The notes: generated by a model from the sequence alone, not told the origin. A stretch of DNA of 64,000 nucleotides from an uncultured Desulfospira sp. (GCA_963663165.1 OY760175.1:1344001-1408000); one strand, 5' to 3'; shown: positions 10,196 through 21,440, counted from the first letter of the stretch. Numbers and translations are program-made.

Positions 10196-12494
10196 ATTTT
10201 ACCTTGCTCCAGTCCGGCTGAAGGATGTCATCGTCATCCCCTGTACCCAGGCCGCTGTCCTCATCTGCCCCATTGGCAAATGGCATGGCCTTTTCCGGGT
10301 CAAAGATCATATCTTCAGTAAATTCTTCCCGTTCTTTGGGGCTGCCAAGCTCGGCAAGAGTCTGCTTGGCCAATTCCTGATCGGTTATGCCAAGGTCCAG
10401 TTCAAGGCAGGCATTCAGCATCTCTTTGGCCTTTTCAAACTGTCCCAACTTAAACAATGCCATGCCCAGGTGAAACTTAACAATGCCGGTTTCCGGCGCC
10501 TTTTGTTCAGCCTCTGAAAGCAGCCATCGGGCCTGGGCATAAGAGCCCTTTTGATAGTAAATCCAGCCTAAGGTATCCTTTAACCAGGGTTCATCAGGCA
10601 GCTTTTCATACGCTTTTCTGGCCAGGTTCAGCGCCTTATCCAGTTCGGTTCCACTTTGCACATACAACCATGCCAGATTGCCTGCGATATGGGGGTCGTC
10701 AGAAAATTTTTCACAAACCTGCTCTAAAAACCCCCGTGCCAGATCCGTCCGGCCCGAACCCACATAAAATTCGGCCAGGCGGGTCGCAGCCCGGTGGCAG
10801 CCAGACTTTGTATCCATCCACTGCTTTAAGGTTGCTTCAAGCGGTTCTGCTTGTCCGTTTTTCTCATACACATCAGCCAGAAGACTGAACACATGGCTGG
10901 GGATATCCGGACCTTTACCTATCGGCTTTAAATATTCCAGGGATGCTTCCAGTTGATTGAGCCTGAAACTTAACCAGGCCGCCGTATACAGGACATCCTG
11001 CGAAGGGCCGTTCTGACGGATCATTTCTTTTATCTGACCCAGAACTTCCCGGCCTTTGTCCAGGTCCAGCATCAGTCCGGCATAGTCAAATAAGGCCTGG
11101 CCCATGTCAGGGTGTTCATCCAGTATCCGGCGGTAAAGGACAGCAGCCTTATCTTCTTCCTTCCCGCATTCAAAGGCCCTGGCCAGAAAATAAAGGGCTG
11201 AAGGTTCCCGGCCCAGGTGCCAGGCCTTGGAAAAGGCGGCCGCCGCCCGGGAGGGTTTTCCGGTTTCCATCAGGCACAGCCCTTTTAAAACATAACCTCT
11301 TGGATTCAGCGGCGACAGGGAAAGGGCCTCCTCCAGGTATTGAAGGGCAAGATCATATTCCCGTTTTTTATAATGCAGCCCAGAAAGGGCCAGCAGGGAT
11401 TCAAGATGGCCTGAATAAAGGGCCCGTGCCCGGACAAAGCTGTTTTCTGCAAGCTTTGTCTGGCCGCCGGCAAAATAGGCAACCCCCAGCAGATAATGAC
11501 CTGAAATCAAAGAAAAATTCATATCTACAGCTGTTTTCAAACTGGATACGGCATGAGCGGTCTTTCCTTGAAAGAGCCAGATTTTTCCCATGAGCAAATG
11601 GTAATCGGCCATATTTTTAACGGTAGCGCCAAGATCCTGAAGCCTTTGCTGTGCCAGGGCAAGGTTCTTTTCAGAAATGTGAAAATCGGCCAGCATCAGG
11701 GGAAATCTTAAATCGTCAGGATAACGTTCCAATAGCTCCAGTAAAAAAGCCTTGGCTTTTTCCTTCATGCCGCATTCCAGGTAAAACCGGCACAGACTGA
11801 CTTTATGCATCAGATTCTCAGGGTCTTTTCCAACCGCTGCCAGCTGACACTTCTCCGCGGTATCCAGATCTTCAACCAGAAAATAATAATCGGACAACAG
11901 CATCAGGTCCGACGACAAAAGATGATCCATTTTCAAGCCCGAAACCAGGCGGCCGGCCGTTTTAAGATCTTTGGTACGCACATGGCAAATGGCCGTCTTT
12001 ATCAGGGCCCTGTCGTTTATCAGGTCCAACCCGCGGGCTTTTTCATACATGTTCAAAGCGAGGCCAAAATCGTTTGAAAGCACATAATAATCCCCAAAAA
12101 GAAGGAACACATCTGAATCCTTTGCTTCCCTGGCAAAAAGTTGCTCAAGATGGGGCAATGCCCGGGCATGGTCCCCTTTGAGCAGCAGAATCCTGACCAG
12201 GTCTTTTTCAATCGCCGAATCTAACGAATCAAGCTGGTGGGCTTTACTGAACGCCTTTCCGGCCAGATCAAGGTCGGCCAGTTTCAGATGGGCGTTTCCG
12301 ATTTTATAAAAAAGTCCCGGGCTGTCCCCACTTTCGGCCACTGCCTGGGTCCAGAATCTCACAGCCATACTGTAATGCGCCTGGGCAAAGGCCTGGTCCC
12401 CTTTTTCCTCAAGCCCTGCCTGTTCTCTTGCACATCCGGTAAACAAGGCGGAGATAAACAGAAAATAAAGGATCAGCGCAGGCACGGGCTTCAT
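10194..12494 (-). CDS. TPR-repeat lipoprotein
   Basis: Lipobox LFTG|C; many TPR motifs (e.g. DTLGWIYYQKGSYAQA). Confidence 0.85.
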   Translation of the reverse strand: MKPVPALILYFLFISALFTGCAREQAGLEEKGDQAFAQAHYSMAVRFWTQAVAESGDSPGLFYKIGNAHLKLADLDLAGKAFSKAHQLDSLDSAIEKDLVRILLLKGDHARALPHLEQLFAREAKDSDVFLLFGDYYVLSNDFGLALNMYEKARGLDLINDRALIKTAICHVRTKDLKTAGRLVSGLKMDHLLSSDLMLLSDYYFLVEDLDTAEKCQLAAVGKDPENLMHKVSLCRFYLECGMKEKAKAFLLELLERYPDDLRFPLMLADFHISEKNLALAQQRLQDLGATVKNMADYHLLMGKIWLFQGKTAHAVSSLKTAVDMNFSLISGHYLLGVAYFAGGQTKLAENSFVRARALYSGHLESLLALSGLHYKKREYDLALQYLEEALSLSPLNPRGYVLKGLCLMETGKPSRAAAAFSKAWHLGREPSALYFLARAFECGKEEDKAAVLYRRILDEHPDMGQALFDYAGLMLDLDKGREVLGQIKEMIRQNGPSQDVLYTAAWLSFRLNQLEASLEYLKPIGKGPDIPSHVFSLLADVYEKNGQAEPLEATLKQWMDTKSGCHRAATRLAEFYVGSGRTDLARGFLEQVCEKFSDDPHIAGNLAWLYVQSGTELDKALNLARKAYEKLPDEPWLKDTLGWIYYQKGSYAQARWLLSEAEQKAPETGIVKFHLGMALFKLGQFEKAKEMLNACLELDLGITDQELAKQTLAELGSPKEREEFTEDMIFDPEKAMPFANGADEDSGLGTGDDDDILQPDWSKVK

Positions 12495-13309
12495 TTTCTT
12501 TTCACCATAAGGGTCACAAGGGTTGCAAGTAAAATAACAACAACCGGCCAGAGGAAAAGTTCCAGCTTATTATTAGCAAAATACTTAATGGCCCCCAGAA
12601 CCACCCTGAAAAGCCAGGGCAGTTCATTATTATAATAACCGACTGAATCCTGGCCCGGTGATGGCCGGGGCTTTTGGTTGTTATTTTCATAACCGGATCG
12701 ACTATCCCCGCCTGCTGAAGGCTTTCCCGGCTGGCCAGATCCTGCTGCCGTCTGTACTGAAATGTCCTTTCCCTGTTCTTGGGAATAGGCCAGGACATGC
12801 GACCTGATAGCGGCCATATCTGTTTCAAGCTTTTTTTCGGCCGCCACGTCCTTGGTAAAGTCCCGTCGGTGAGCCAGCTGCTGTTGATTTTCATCCAGAT
12901 AAGGGATGCCCAGATCCTTGAGTGCCTCCCGGCTCCTTTCCTGAAGCGCCAGATACTGTTCCAGAATATTCTTAATTCTTAAATTGGCAGCAATCCAGCG
13001 GTCCAGGGACATCGCAGGATCAATGGCCTGGACGGACAAAACATATAAAGGAATATCAACATCTATTAAATCGGCTAAGACAGTGCCTGATTTTCCCGTA
13101 TCAATTATCAATCCTGACGGATTGTCTTGCTCCCCGTCATTGGGCAAAATAACATACCGGCTGGAAACCGTATCACTTTTTCTAGGGGATGGCTCAATTC
13201 GAATACCGACCTGATTTTCCTGAATCAGAAACCAGGAATGGGCGGTCAACGGAAACAGCAGAATAAGGCAGGCAAAGAGAAGGATCTTTTGGGGGGCGGC
13301 TGAGGCCAT
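12491..13309 (-). CDS. Hypothetical exported protein with C-terminal TM anchor
   Basis: Signal peptide (..LTAHS); C-terminal hydrophobic helix plus KRK; 4-bp overlap with the TPR gene. Confidence 0.7.
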   Translation of the reverse strand: MASAAPQKILLFACLILLFPLTAHSWFLIQENQVGIRIEPSPRKSDTVSSRYVILPNDGEQDNPSGLIIDTGKSGTVLADLIDVDIPLYVLSVQAIDPAMSLDRWIAANLRIKNILEQYLALQERSREALKDLGIPYLDENQQQLAHRRDFTKDVAAEKKLETDMAAIRSHVLAYSQEQGKDISVQTAAGSGQPGKPSAGGDSRSGYENNNQKPRPSPGQDSVGYYNNELPWLFRVVLGAIKYFANNKLELFLWPVVVILLATLVTLMVKRK

Positions 13310-13571
13310 TAGCGGATATATTGTTCTTTAATATTATTTTCTAGTCCAAATCTTATTGCAGTACAAAAATCAATTAGAAATCAGTACCACGAAAAAGGAC
13401 GGCCTGTCCACTTTAAAATAAACCCGTATCTGCAACAAATTATATTGTCATTTTCATTGACAACACTTATGGCCCGTAATATTTAGACTGTACGGCTCAC
13501 AAAATTTGCAGAAAAACCCCATGATTCATACCATATTATTAATGTGGTGCCATAAATTTGGAGACTCTTTT

Positions 13572-15866
13572 ATGAAACTGTTTTTCAGGCTCATTCTCAT
13601 TTCCCTGATTGTACTGGCCAATTTCACTTTCACCGGCTGTTCCAATAAGGAGGACAAAAAAATCAGCCACTTCAACAAAGGCAATGCCTATTTTGAGGAA
13701 GGAGAATATAAAAAAGCAGAAATTGAGTTTAAAAACGCCCTGCAAATTGACAACCGGTATATCGAGGCCCTGTTAAAGCTTGGGGATACCTTCATGAAAT
13801 TAGGCCAGGCCCGGCAGGCCTTTGCCGCCTATTCCATGGTAGAAAAAATTTCACCCGACAATATTGAGGCCCTTATCAACATCGCAAAATTCTATTTTTT
13901 GGGCAGAAAGATGCCTGAAACCAAAGCCAGGATTGAAAAAATTCTTGAAAAAAATCCGGACAACACGGATGCCCTTTTTTTAAAGGCACAGGTTCTGACC
14001 CGGGAAAATCAGATTGATAATGCACAAAAAATTCTTATTCGCCTTCTTGAAATACAAAAAGACCATATTCCGTCAATTCAGAGCCTGGCCCGGTTAAAAA
14101 CCATGCAAAAACAATTTGATGAAGCCGAGGCGCTATTAAAGCGGGCCATTGAGGCAGCTCCGGAAGCCACCCAGCCCAGGATTTTGCTTGCCGCTTTTTA
14201 CATTGCCCGCAAGGATATGGCCAAAGCCGAGGAACAGCTCGCACTTTCAGCCGAAGAACATCCTGATAATGAGGCTCACCAGATCATTCTCGGCAATTTT
14301 TACCTAAAAACCGGAAACAGGGCCAAAGCCGAAGAAAGTTTCAAAAAGGCACTTGACATCTCTCCGGATAAGGTAGCCCCATACATGGCTCTGGCAGGAT
14401 TTTACGAGCAGATAAATGAAGATGACAAAGCCCTTGAATTGTACCGGAAGGCCGTAGGGCTTGACCCGGAAAACATGAAACCCAAACTGACCCTGGCCCG
14501 GTTCCAATATAAAAAAAGACAGGTGGATGATGCTGAAAAAATGGTTCAGGAAATCCTGGTCAAACGGCCCAGGCTTCCGGACGCCAGGATGCTTCAAAGC
14601 GAAATTCTGATTTTCAAAAAAGAATTCCAAAAGGCCCTGGTCATGCTGATTGATCTTGAAAAAGAAGAACCAAATGCCTACCGCATCCACTATTTTAAAG
14701 GGCTGTGCCATGTGGGATTGGGAGACCCCACTCAGGCAGCGGCCTGCGTTGAAAAGGCTGTGGAGCTTAAACCGACCTATACCAAAGCCCATCTGCTGCT
14801 TGCCGATATTTATTTTCACCAGCGGTCATTTGATCTCGCAGCCCAGCAGGCATCGGAGGTGCTAAAGCTATCTCCTGATATGGTTAATGCCCTCATGATC
14901 AGGGCCAATTCCCTGGCTTCCATGGGGAAAATCAAAGAGGCTGAAAAAGACTATCAGGCCATGATCGACGCACAGCCTGAAAATCCGGCAGGATATTACC
15001 GGATGGCTCAGATCAAATCGGCTCAAAAGAAAATCCAGGAAGCGGAAACCCTTCTTGAAAAAGCCTATTCCATCAACAATAAACTGTTAGATGTATTTGG
15101 CTTGAGGGTGAGGTTAAGCCTCGCCCAAAAGAATTTTGCCCGGGCCCATGAAATCTGCGAAACCCAGTTGCATCACAATAAAGACAATAAGCGGATCCAG
15201 GCCGCGGTCTACAATATCCAGGCCACGATTTTTCTTGCCGAGAAAAAGGCTGACCAGGCCGTGGAAGCATACCAAAAAGCCATTGAAACCGATCCGGAAT
15301 ACCTTTTGTCATACAATGCACTGGCCCAGATCTTTCTTGTCCAGAAAAAAATGGATCAGGCCAAAAAACAATACATCAAAGTGCTTGAAATCAACCCCAA
15401 GCTTGCACCGCCGCATATGATGCTGGGGACCATATATGAGGCAGAAAAAAATTACCCGGAAGCTGAAAAGTATTACCGAAAGGCCCTTAGTATCAACCCC
15501 GAATTTGCCGCCGCCGCCAACAACCTGGCCTATTATCTGGGGGACCGGACCGACCATTACGATGAGGCTTTAACGCTTGCAAAAAAAGCAAAAGAACATT
15601 ATCCTGAAGATCCCAATATCATGGATACCATGGGCCTTGCCTACTATAAAAAGAAACTGTACGGAAACGCCGTGGCCGAGTTCTCCGATGCGTTGAAGAA
15701 ACAGCCGGATAACCCGATACTCCATTATCACTTAGGACTTGCTTACGAAAAAAAGGGAAATAAAGCCCTTGCTGAAAAAGAGCTGGCAACAGCCCTTGAA
15801 TTAAGTAAGGATTTTGTCTACGCACAAAATGCAGAACAACTTTTAAAGGAGTTAAGAGAAAAATGA
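13572..15866 (+). CDS. PrsT-like TPR-repeat lipoprotein of PEP-CTERM systems
   Basis: ATG at 13572 after GGAG; lipobox FTG|C; GEYKKAEIEFKNALQ; continuous TPRs; AANNLAY...DTMG. Confidence 0.8.
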   Translation: MKLFFRLILISLIVLANFTFTGCSNKEDKKISHFNKGNAYFEEGEYKKAEIEFKNALQIDNRYIEALLKLGDTFMKLGQARQAFAAYSMVEKISPDNIEALINIAKFYFLGRKMPETKARIEKILEKNPDNTDALFLKAQVLTRENQIDNAQKILIRLLEIQKDHIPSIQSLARLKTMQKQFDEAEALLKRAIEAAPEATQPRILLAAFYIARKDMAKAEEQLALSAEEHPDNEAHQIILGNFYLKTGNRAKAEESFKKALDISPDKVAPYMALAGFYEQINEDDKALELYRKAVGLDPENMKPKLTLARFQYKKRQVDDAEKMVQEILVKRPRLPDARMLQSEILIFKKEFQKALVMLIDLEKEEPNAYRIHYFKGLCHVGLGDPTQAAACVEKAVELKPTYTKAHLLLADIYFHQRSFDLAAQQASEVLKLSPDMVNALMIRANSLASMGKIKEAEKDYQAMIDAQPENPAGYYRMAQIKSAQKKIQEAETLLEKAYSINNKLLDVFGLRVRLSLAQKNFARAHEICETQLHHNKDNKRIQAAVYNIQATIFLAEKKADQAVEAYQKAIETDPEYLLSYNALAQIFLVQKKMDQAKKQYIKVLEINPKLAPPHMMLGTIYEAEKNYPEAEKYYRKALSINPEFAAAANNLAYYLGDRTDHYDEALTLAKKAKEHYPEDPNIMDTMGLAYYKKKLYGNAVAEFSDALKKQPDNPILHYHLGLAYEKKGNKALAEKELATALELSKDFVYAQNAEQLLKELREK

Positions 15867-16639
15867 AATTAACCGCCATTTTTACCCTTGCTTTGCTTTT
15901 AACAGCCGTTCCTTCATTTAATGCCGGGTCTGAAGAAATATCGGGGCATGCGCTTGCCCAGAAAGTGTTTGACAGGGACCGGGGCAATGATTCCCTTTCA
16001 ACGGCCCAGATGGTTCTGGTCAATAAAGCAGGGAACAAAAGGGCCCGCCAGTTTACCAGCAGCCGGATACTGGAAGGAGAACTGGAAAGCCAGATGATCC
16101 GGTTCACTTCGCCGGCGGATATCGACGGCACGGGTTTTCTGACCATCGAAAAACCGGGTTGGGAAACTGAGCAGTTTCTCTACCTGCCGGCCTTAAGAAG
16201 AACCAGACGGATTGTCAGTTCCCAGAAAAGCCAGAAATTCGTCAACAGTGACTTCACCTATGAGGACATGGAGCGTCATCCTGTTGACGACTATGAATAC
16301 CGGATCACCGGTTCAAAAGAAATCAGCGGCATGGATTGCTATGAACTTGAAACCAGGCCCAAAGAAGGGGTTAACTCCCAGTACGCCCTTACCATCAGTT
16401 ATATCTCCAAACAGTCCCTTGTGCCGGTCCTGGTCAAGTATTTTGACGAAAAAGAGCAACACATCAAGACCTACACCGTGATGAAGCTCGAACAAATTCA
16501 GGGTATCTGGACCGAATCCATGGCCAGTATGGCGAATTTGAAAGAAGGCCACAAAACCTATATTAAGATCCTGAACATCTCGTACAACAAGGGAATTGAC
16601 CCCCAGACCATTTCCCGGAAAGAACTTGAAAATTACTAA
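15863..16639 (+). CDS. Outer-membrane lipoprotein-sorting (LolA-like) protein
   Basis: Signal peptide; RFTSPADIDGTGFL, LYLPALRRTRRI, FVNSDFTYED. Confidence 0.88.
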   Translation: MKLTAIFTLALLLTAVPSFNAGSEEISGHALAQKVFDRDRGNDSLSTAQMVLVNKAGNKRARQFTSSRILEGELESQMIRFTSPADIDGTGFLTIEKPGWETEQFLYLPALRRTRRIVSSQKSQKFVNSDFTYEDMERHPVDDYEYRITGSKEISGMDCYELETRPKEGVNSQYALTISYISKQSLVPVLVKYFDEKEQHIKTYTVMKLEQIQGIWTESMASMANLKEGHKTYIKILNISYNKGIDPQTISRKELENY

Positions 16640-16662
16640 AGATTCACGGGGACTCTCCCCTT

Positions 16663-16678
16663 TGGCCTGAATATTGCT
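16663..16678 (+). promoter_or_regulatory. Putative sigma-54 promoter (-24/-12)
   Basis: TGGCCTGAATATTGCT with GG-N10-GC spacing, ~37 bp upstream of the 16715 start. Confidence 0.55.
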
Positions 16679-16714
16679 TTCTAAATAAAAAAATGCAACC
16701 AGAGGGGATTTATC

Positions 16715-18643
16715 ATGGAACGAAAACGTTGCCTTCTTTATTTTTTTTGTGTTCAGTGCCTTTTTTTCGGGATTCTTTTTTTCAAAGCAGAAATCGCATC
16801 AGCCCTTCCTTCACATCGCATATCTCCCCCTGTATTGGAAACCCGCGGCGCTGAAGAACGGGTTCTAATTGAGCTGACCCACCCGGCAGACACATCCTGG
16901 TTCAGCTTAGAGTCCCCGGACCGGGTGGTTGTTGAAATCAAAGATGCTTATCTTCCGCAGGTATCTTTGACCAGAAAAATTAATTCACCCATCATTCGGA
17001 CCGTTCGCATGGGCCAGAATAAGAAAGATGTGGTCCGTGTTGTCTTAGACCTTAACCCGGGCAGCATCTATGAATTTTCAACGGCTCAGGGTCTTGTACA
17101 GAATTCCCATATCCTGTCCCTTTCCATTGGCCCGCCTGGCAATGGGGCAAAGCCCCCCAAGGATACCGGTACCCTGTTGGCGGCAGCCCCCTTAACCAGG
17201 GAAAAAGCCCCCTTCGAACCTGAGCCTGAGCAACCCGGCCCAACCACGGCCCCTGCCAATACAACAGGCCATTTTGAAGGCGAGGAAAAAAAAGCGGACG
17301 AGCAGACGATTATTCTGACCGATGAAAGCATGCCGGAAGGCATTTTTGAAGATATTCAAGAAGACCAGAGCGAACAAAAGGACTGGGAAATTTCAGGACT
17401 GGTCCAGGCCAGGGCCACCAGCCAGATAAAGGATAACGGGTCAGTTGAAAATGAAACCGGTTTCAGGAACCGGATGATCCTGGAAGCCGAATACAGGGAT
17501 ATCTTTCTCATTTCGGCGTTTTCCGACTACCTGTTTTTCGGCCGGGACGATAAAACCGACACCTATGATCTGACCATCCGCGAATTCACATGGCAGTATA
17601 ACTCCCCAAAAATCGGGCTGTCTGTCGGAAAACAGATCATCCGCTGGGGCAAAACGGACCAGATCAGCCCTGTGGACACCTTGAACCCGGAAGATGTAAG
17701 AGAATTTATCCTGCCTGAATACGAAGAACGAAAGATCCCTGTCTGGATGGCCGATGTCCGGTACTATTTTGATAAATTCACACTGGAGGGGGTGTTTATT
17801 CCTTTTTTTGAAGAATCCCGCCAGGATTATTTTCAAACTGACTGGGCCGTGTTCGGCCACTTGAAAAAAGAAATCAGCAACGCCAATCTTCCCCCTTTTT
17901 ATAAATCCTATTTTAACAATTTATCCGTCCATGAACAGGAACCGGATAATGAAACCGAATGGGGCCTGAGACTGACGACTGCGGTTAAAAGTGTTGATTT
18001 GGGGATTACCTTTCATCACACAACTGAGGATAGTCCTTATTTTAAAAGCTTTCCGATTAAAAACATTGACATCTCAGGCGGTCTTTCAACGGCGAACCTG
18101 ATGTCAAGCCTTGGCAGTGCCGTCCCGATGAACGAAGACATTGAAGTCGAATACAAAAAAACCAATATTGCCGGGATTGAATTTGAAACCATCTGGGGCG
18201 GATTCGGCATAAGGGGGGAAGCGGCCTGGCAGGAAAACGAATCCTTTATCACGTCCGATTTGACCTCTGTAAGAAAACCAACCTTCCTCTACATAATCGG
18301 CGCGGACTATACCACGGCAGGAAATACATATCTAAACCTCCAGGTGGCCCACCGGCATGTTTCAGATTACGACCCCGCTATCCTTTATATTGAGGAAGAT
18401 GAAACCTCCCTTTTGGGCGAAATCCGGATGGACACGGTTTCAGACCGGTTTCAGGCCTGCCTCAGGTATACCAAACCCCTTGATAACGATTCATCCTATC
18501 TGAACCCGTATCTTAAAATCACCTATATCACCAACCTTGAATGCCGGATCGGGGCCAGCCTCTTTTCAGGGGACCGGGATACGGGGTTAGGACGGTACAA
18601 AGATCATGATGTTTATTACCTGGACATCTCTTACCGGTTTTAG
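16715..18643 (+). CDS. AMIN-domain protein fused to an outer-membrane beta-barrel (DUF1302-like)
   Basis: AMIN motifs LESPDRVVVEI / RMGQN..VVRVVLDL; GKQIIRWGKTD; C-terminal YRF barrel signature. Confidence 0.8.
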   Translation: MERKRCLLYFFCVQCLFFGILFFKAEIASALPSHRISPPVLETRGAEERVLIELTHPADTSWFSLESPDRVVVEIKDAYLPQVSLTRKINSPIIRTVRMGQNKKDVVRVVLDLNPGSIYEFSTAQGLVQNSHILSLSIGPPGNGAKPPKDTGTLLAAAPLTREKAPFEPEPEQPGPTTAPANTTGHFEGEEKKADEQTIILTDESMPEGIFEDIQEDQSEQKDWEISGLVQARATSQIKDNGSVENETGFRNRMILEAEYRDIFLISAFSDYLFFGRDDKTDTYDLTIREFTWQYNSPKIGLSVGKQIIRWGKTDQISPVDTLNPEDVREFILPEYEERKIPVWMADVRYYFDKFTLEGVFIPFFEESRQDYFQTDWAVFGHLKKEISNANLPPFYKSYFNNLSVHEQEPDNETEWGLRLTTAVKSVDLGITFHHTTEDSPYFKSFPIKNIDISGGLSTANLMSSLGSAVPMNEDIEVEYKKTNIAGIEFETIWGGFGIRGEAAWQENESFITSDLTSVRKPTFLYIIGADYTTAGNTYLNLQVAHRHVSDYDPAILYIEEDETSLLGEIRMDTVSDRFQACLRYTKPLDNDSSYLNPYLKITYITNLECRIGASLFSGDRDTGLGRYKDHDVYYLDISYRF

Positions 18644-18812
18644 CTGACAGCACCTCTAATTCGGTTACACCTGTTTTCAGACCGGTTGGAAATATTCTCG
18701 CCCGGCACAATCAATTCCCAATACCATCACCTCTTTCTTGCCGTAACTGATAACAAATTGCCTGTTGAAACGAATCTTCATTCGTGGCATACTTCACATA
18801 CACGCTTAATTA

Positions 18813-20690
18813 GTGCCTGACCGGAAACCCCGATTTTGAAATTTTCAGGGGGTCGATGTTTGACAAAACCTTAAATCTTTGTTGTTCCTGTCATCACAAA
18901 CCGGGAGAAATGCTTCCATCTCTGCCGGTTTTCGGCAACTTTCTCCTTTTCCGGACGCAACTGTAGTGTTTGCCGTGTTTTTTTTAAGCAATGGCCTGTT
19001 TTAAGCTGCTTTGCGCTGTTCAGACCCTTGCAGCTTTTTTAATCCCTTTTGTTGTATGTGATGCCCGATGATCTGGAGATTTCTTGCCAAAACCGACAGG
19101 CTCACATACCTCTTAAACCCTTGACTGCCATGATCCGGGCATCTGTCAAGACCATGATTTTCCAGTCCGTTTATGGCAGATTCCACCGCTGAATGTTTTC
19201 TTTTAAAACGAATGAAATCTTCCGCTGTTTCTTCTTCATATTCCGCCTTGTTGCATCTGCCTTTTTTCGGAAGCACCAAAATATCCAATCTGCCCTTCAG
19301 GTCCTTTTTGTTGCCTGGAGAGTAAAACCCTTTATCAAAACTGCATCCTTTGAGATCAGAAAATTTGCTTTGTGCCAATGTTACCATCGCAACGGCGACT
19401 TTATCATCGGTTTCTTTCTCCATCACCCGGTGGTGCAGGATAAAGCCATATTGGTCCTCCAGGATACATACCCGCAAGCCCAATTCCTGGGGAACACCGG
19501 CCTTGCCTTTTGAAATCCACTCCGTGTGGGGTTCGAAAATCGAAAAAATCTTGTCTTCATGGGGGATCTTTTCATCCTGTAACACCCGGCGTTTGATCAA
19601 ATCAATTTGCCAAAGTGCGTAGTTGATATATGTTTGTAATTCTTCAGCTCGGGCTGCACATATAATATCGGATGCCGGTATCATTTCCACGGTCAATCGC
19701 GCCTTTTGAATATATTTTTCAGCAAGCTTGATATATGCTGTATGGGCATCCATAATTTGCTGGACTCTTTTGGCCTTTTTCTTTTCATCCTTTGATGTGG
19801 AATGTTTCAAACGCTGGACTATTCGATAAAGCTTTTTAAATGCTTTAATATTATACGCTGATTGCCGCCACATACTCGTTCCAATGTCCTGGCTGATAAT
19901 AGCGGCAATTTGAATCATTTTTCGGACTGCATCAAAAAGCAGGTTGATATCTGTGGGATAATGAACATTGGTTTCTACAACGAATGAATCACACCGCCCA
20001 ATCAAGGCTCCATCGTCCGAAGTTTTTTTTTCATCAGAAGTTTATGGCCTTCTTGCACAACCAGAGTGTTGATTTTGTCAAGAATATCTGGGGTCATAAG
20101 CCTGACATTATCTTTCAGGGTCTGAAGGGGGTAGGCGATATCATTGTCCATCATGCCATGCCCCAGCATCTGCCTTATTGTTTTGTGGTTGTTCACCATT
20201 TCCTGGAGTTTATCATAATCCCAATTGCAATTGAGCCGAATGACGCCCATTACAAGGATCTTCCACAGGTCCATACCGGGACGTCCATTTTTAGAATCGG
20301 TACTTTCTGGGATCATGTCCGTGAGGATATCAAAAACTTTTTGTCGAAGACTCTGGTCGCAATAGATATGTTGGAGTCCCAAAAGAAGTTTGGGGATTTC
20401 ATCCCTGGCTCTCATATCAATTTTAATTTGATCGATAGGGGTCTGCCCGAATGTCATCTGTAGTTCAAAAATTTTACGCAAAACGACCTCGAAGTTCTGA
20501 TGGAATGTTGAAGTTTGAATTACTATTGGCTTGTCTCACAAAACATAAATCCTATATAATTTTATAGGGTTAGATTAACATAGTAATTAGTAAAAAGCAA
20601 CAAGTAATTCATATCACAACAGAAACTTCAAACGAATTTCAGCCCAGATACCCCTGGAAAATATGATGGTTCCAATTTCCGGTCAGGCAC
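18813..20690 (-). mobile_element. ISNCY-type insertion sequence
   Basis: TIR GTGCCTGACCGGAAA at both ends; palindromic TAATTA on both flanks (probable TSD, exact boundary +/-2 nt). Confidence 0.88.
19001..20481 (-). CDS. ISNCY DDE transposase in two ORFs (20002-20481 and 19001-20005) joined by a -1 frameshift at an A9 run
   Basis: GRPGMDLWKILV in ORF A; DSFVVETNVHYPTD, SFDKGFYS, HSAVESAIN in ORF B; A9C run at 20023-20031. Confidence 0.85.
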
Positions 20691-20708
20691 TAATTATGGA
20701 GATCTAAA

Positions 20709-21380
20709 ATGCCGGATACCGTTTTTAAAGAAAGAGTCAGCGGACTTGAACAGATCATGATGGAGCTTGCCTATGAATCAATGAAAACTGACATGGCTCT
20801 CAAAAATCTTTCAGCAGAGATGAAAGACTTTAAAGACGAGATGAAAGACTTTAAAGACGAGATGAAAGACTTTAAAGATGAAATGAAAGACTTTAAAGAT
20901 GAAATGAAAGACTTTAAGAAGGAAATGAACAAAAAGTGGGGAGATCTGGCAAACAAGATGGGAACCATTGTTGAAGACATCGTTGCCCCCGGTTTAAAAG
21001 GTGTTGCCCGACAGTACTTTGGCGTGGAAGCTTTTGATCATTTTTCTTCCCGCACCATTATCCGCAACAAAGACCGGCCCACAACCCGTGAATTTGATAT
21101 AATTGCTTATACTGAAGACCTGTTTTTTATCGTGGAAACAAAAGCGACCCCACGGCCGGAGTATATTACGAATTTCATAAAATTTCTTCCCGAACTGGGC
21201 ACATGGTTTCCCGTCAGCCTGGAAAAAAAGCTGATTCCCATTTTTGCTTCTCTTGCCCTGTCCGATCAACATATCACCCACCTGACCAATCATAATATTA
21301 TCGCCATGGCCACCCGGGATGACGGGATGGATATTTACAATCCCGAGGTTCTGGAAAAGCTTGGCGTTAACGTTAAATAG
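20709..21380 (+). CDS. Coiled-coil repeat protein with PD-(D/E)XK-like C-terminal domain (DUF3782-like)
   Basis: (EMKDFKD)n, then WGDLANKMGTIVEDIVAP and REFDIIAY...IVETK. Confidence 0.8.
   Translation: MPDTVFKERVSGLEQIMMELAYESMKTDMALKNLSAEMKDFKDEMKDFKDEMKDFKDEMKDFKDEMKDFKKEMNKKWGDLANKMGTIVEDIVAPGLKGVARQYFGVEAFDHFSSRTIIRNKDRPTTREFDIIAYTEDLFFIVETKATPRPEYITNFIKFLPELGTWFPVSLEKKLIPIFASLALSDQHITHLTNHNIIAMATRDDGMDIYNPEVLEKLGVNVK
20817..20929 (+). repeat. In-frame 21-bp tandem repeat, ~5.4 copies
   Basis: GA(G/A)ATGAAAGACTTTAA(A/G)(GAC/GAT/AAG) units encoding EMKDFKD. Confidence 0.95.
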
Positions 21381-21395
21381 GAACGGCCTGTTTTT

Positions 21396-21440
21396 TAAGC
21401 AGGTAATCCTCCAATAACAGCTGGTTAGCGTGGCTCGACC
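21396..21440 (+). repeat. R repeat copy A (partial, 3' half only)
   Basis: taagcaggtaatcctccaataacagctggttagcgtggctcgacc matches the 3' half of copy C. Confidence 0.8.

Noticed and set aside
20817..20929. Possible CRISPR array
   Set aside because: The repeats are contiguous with no spacers, lie in frame within a CDS, and there are no cas genes.
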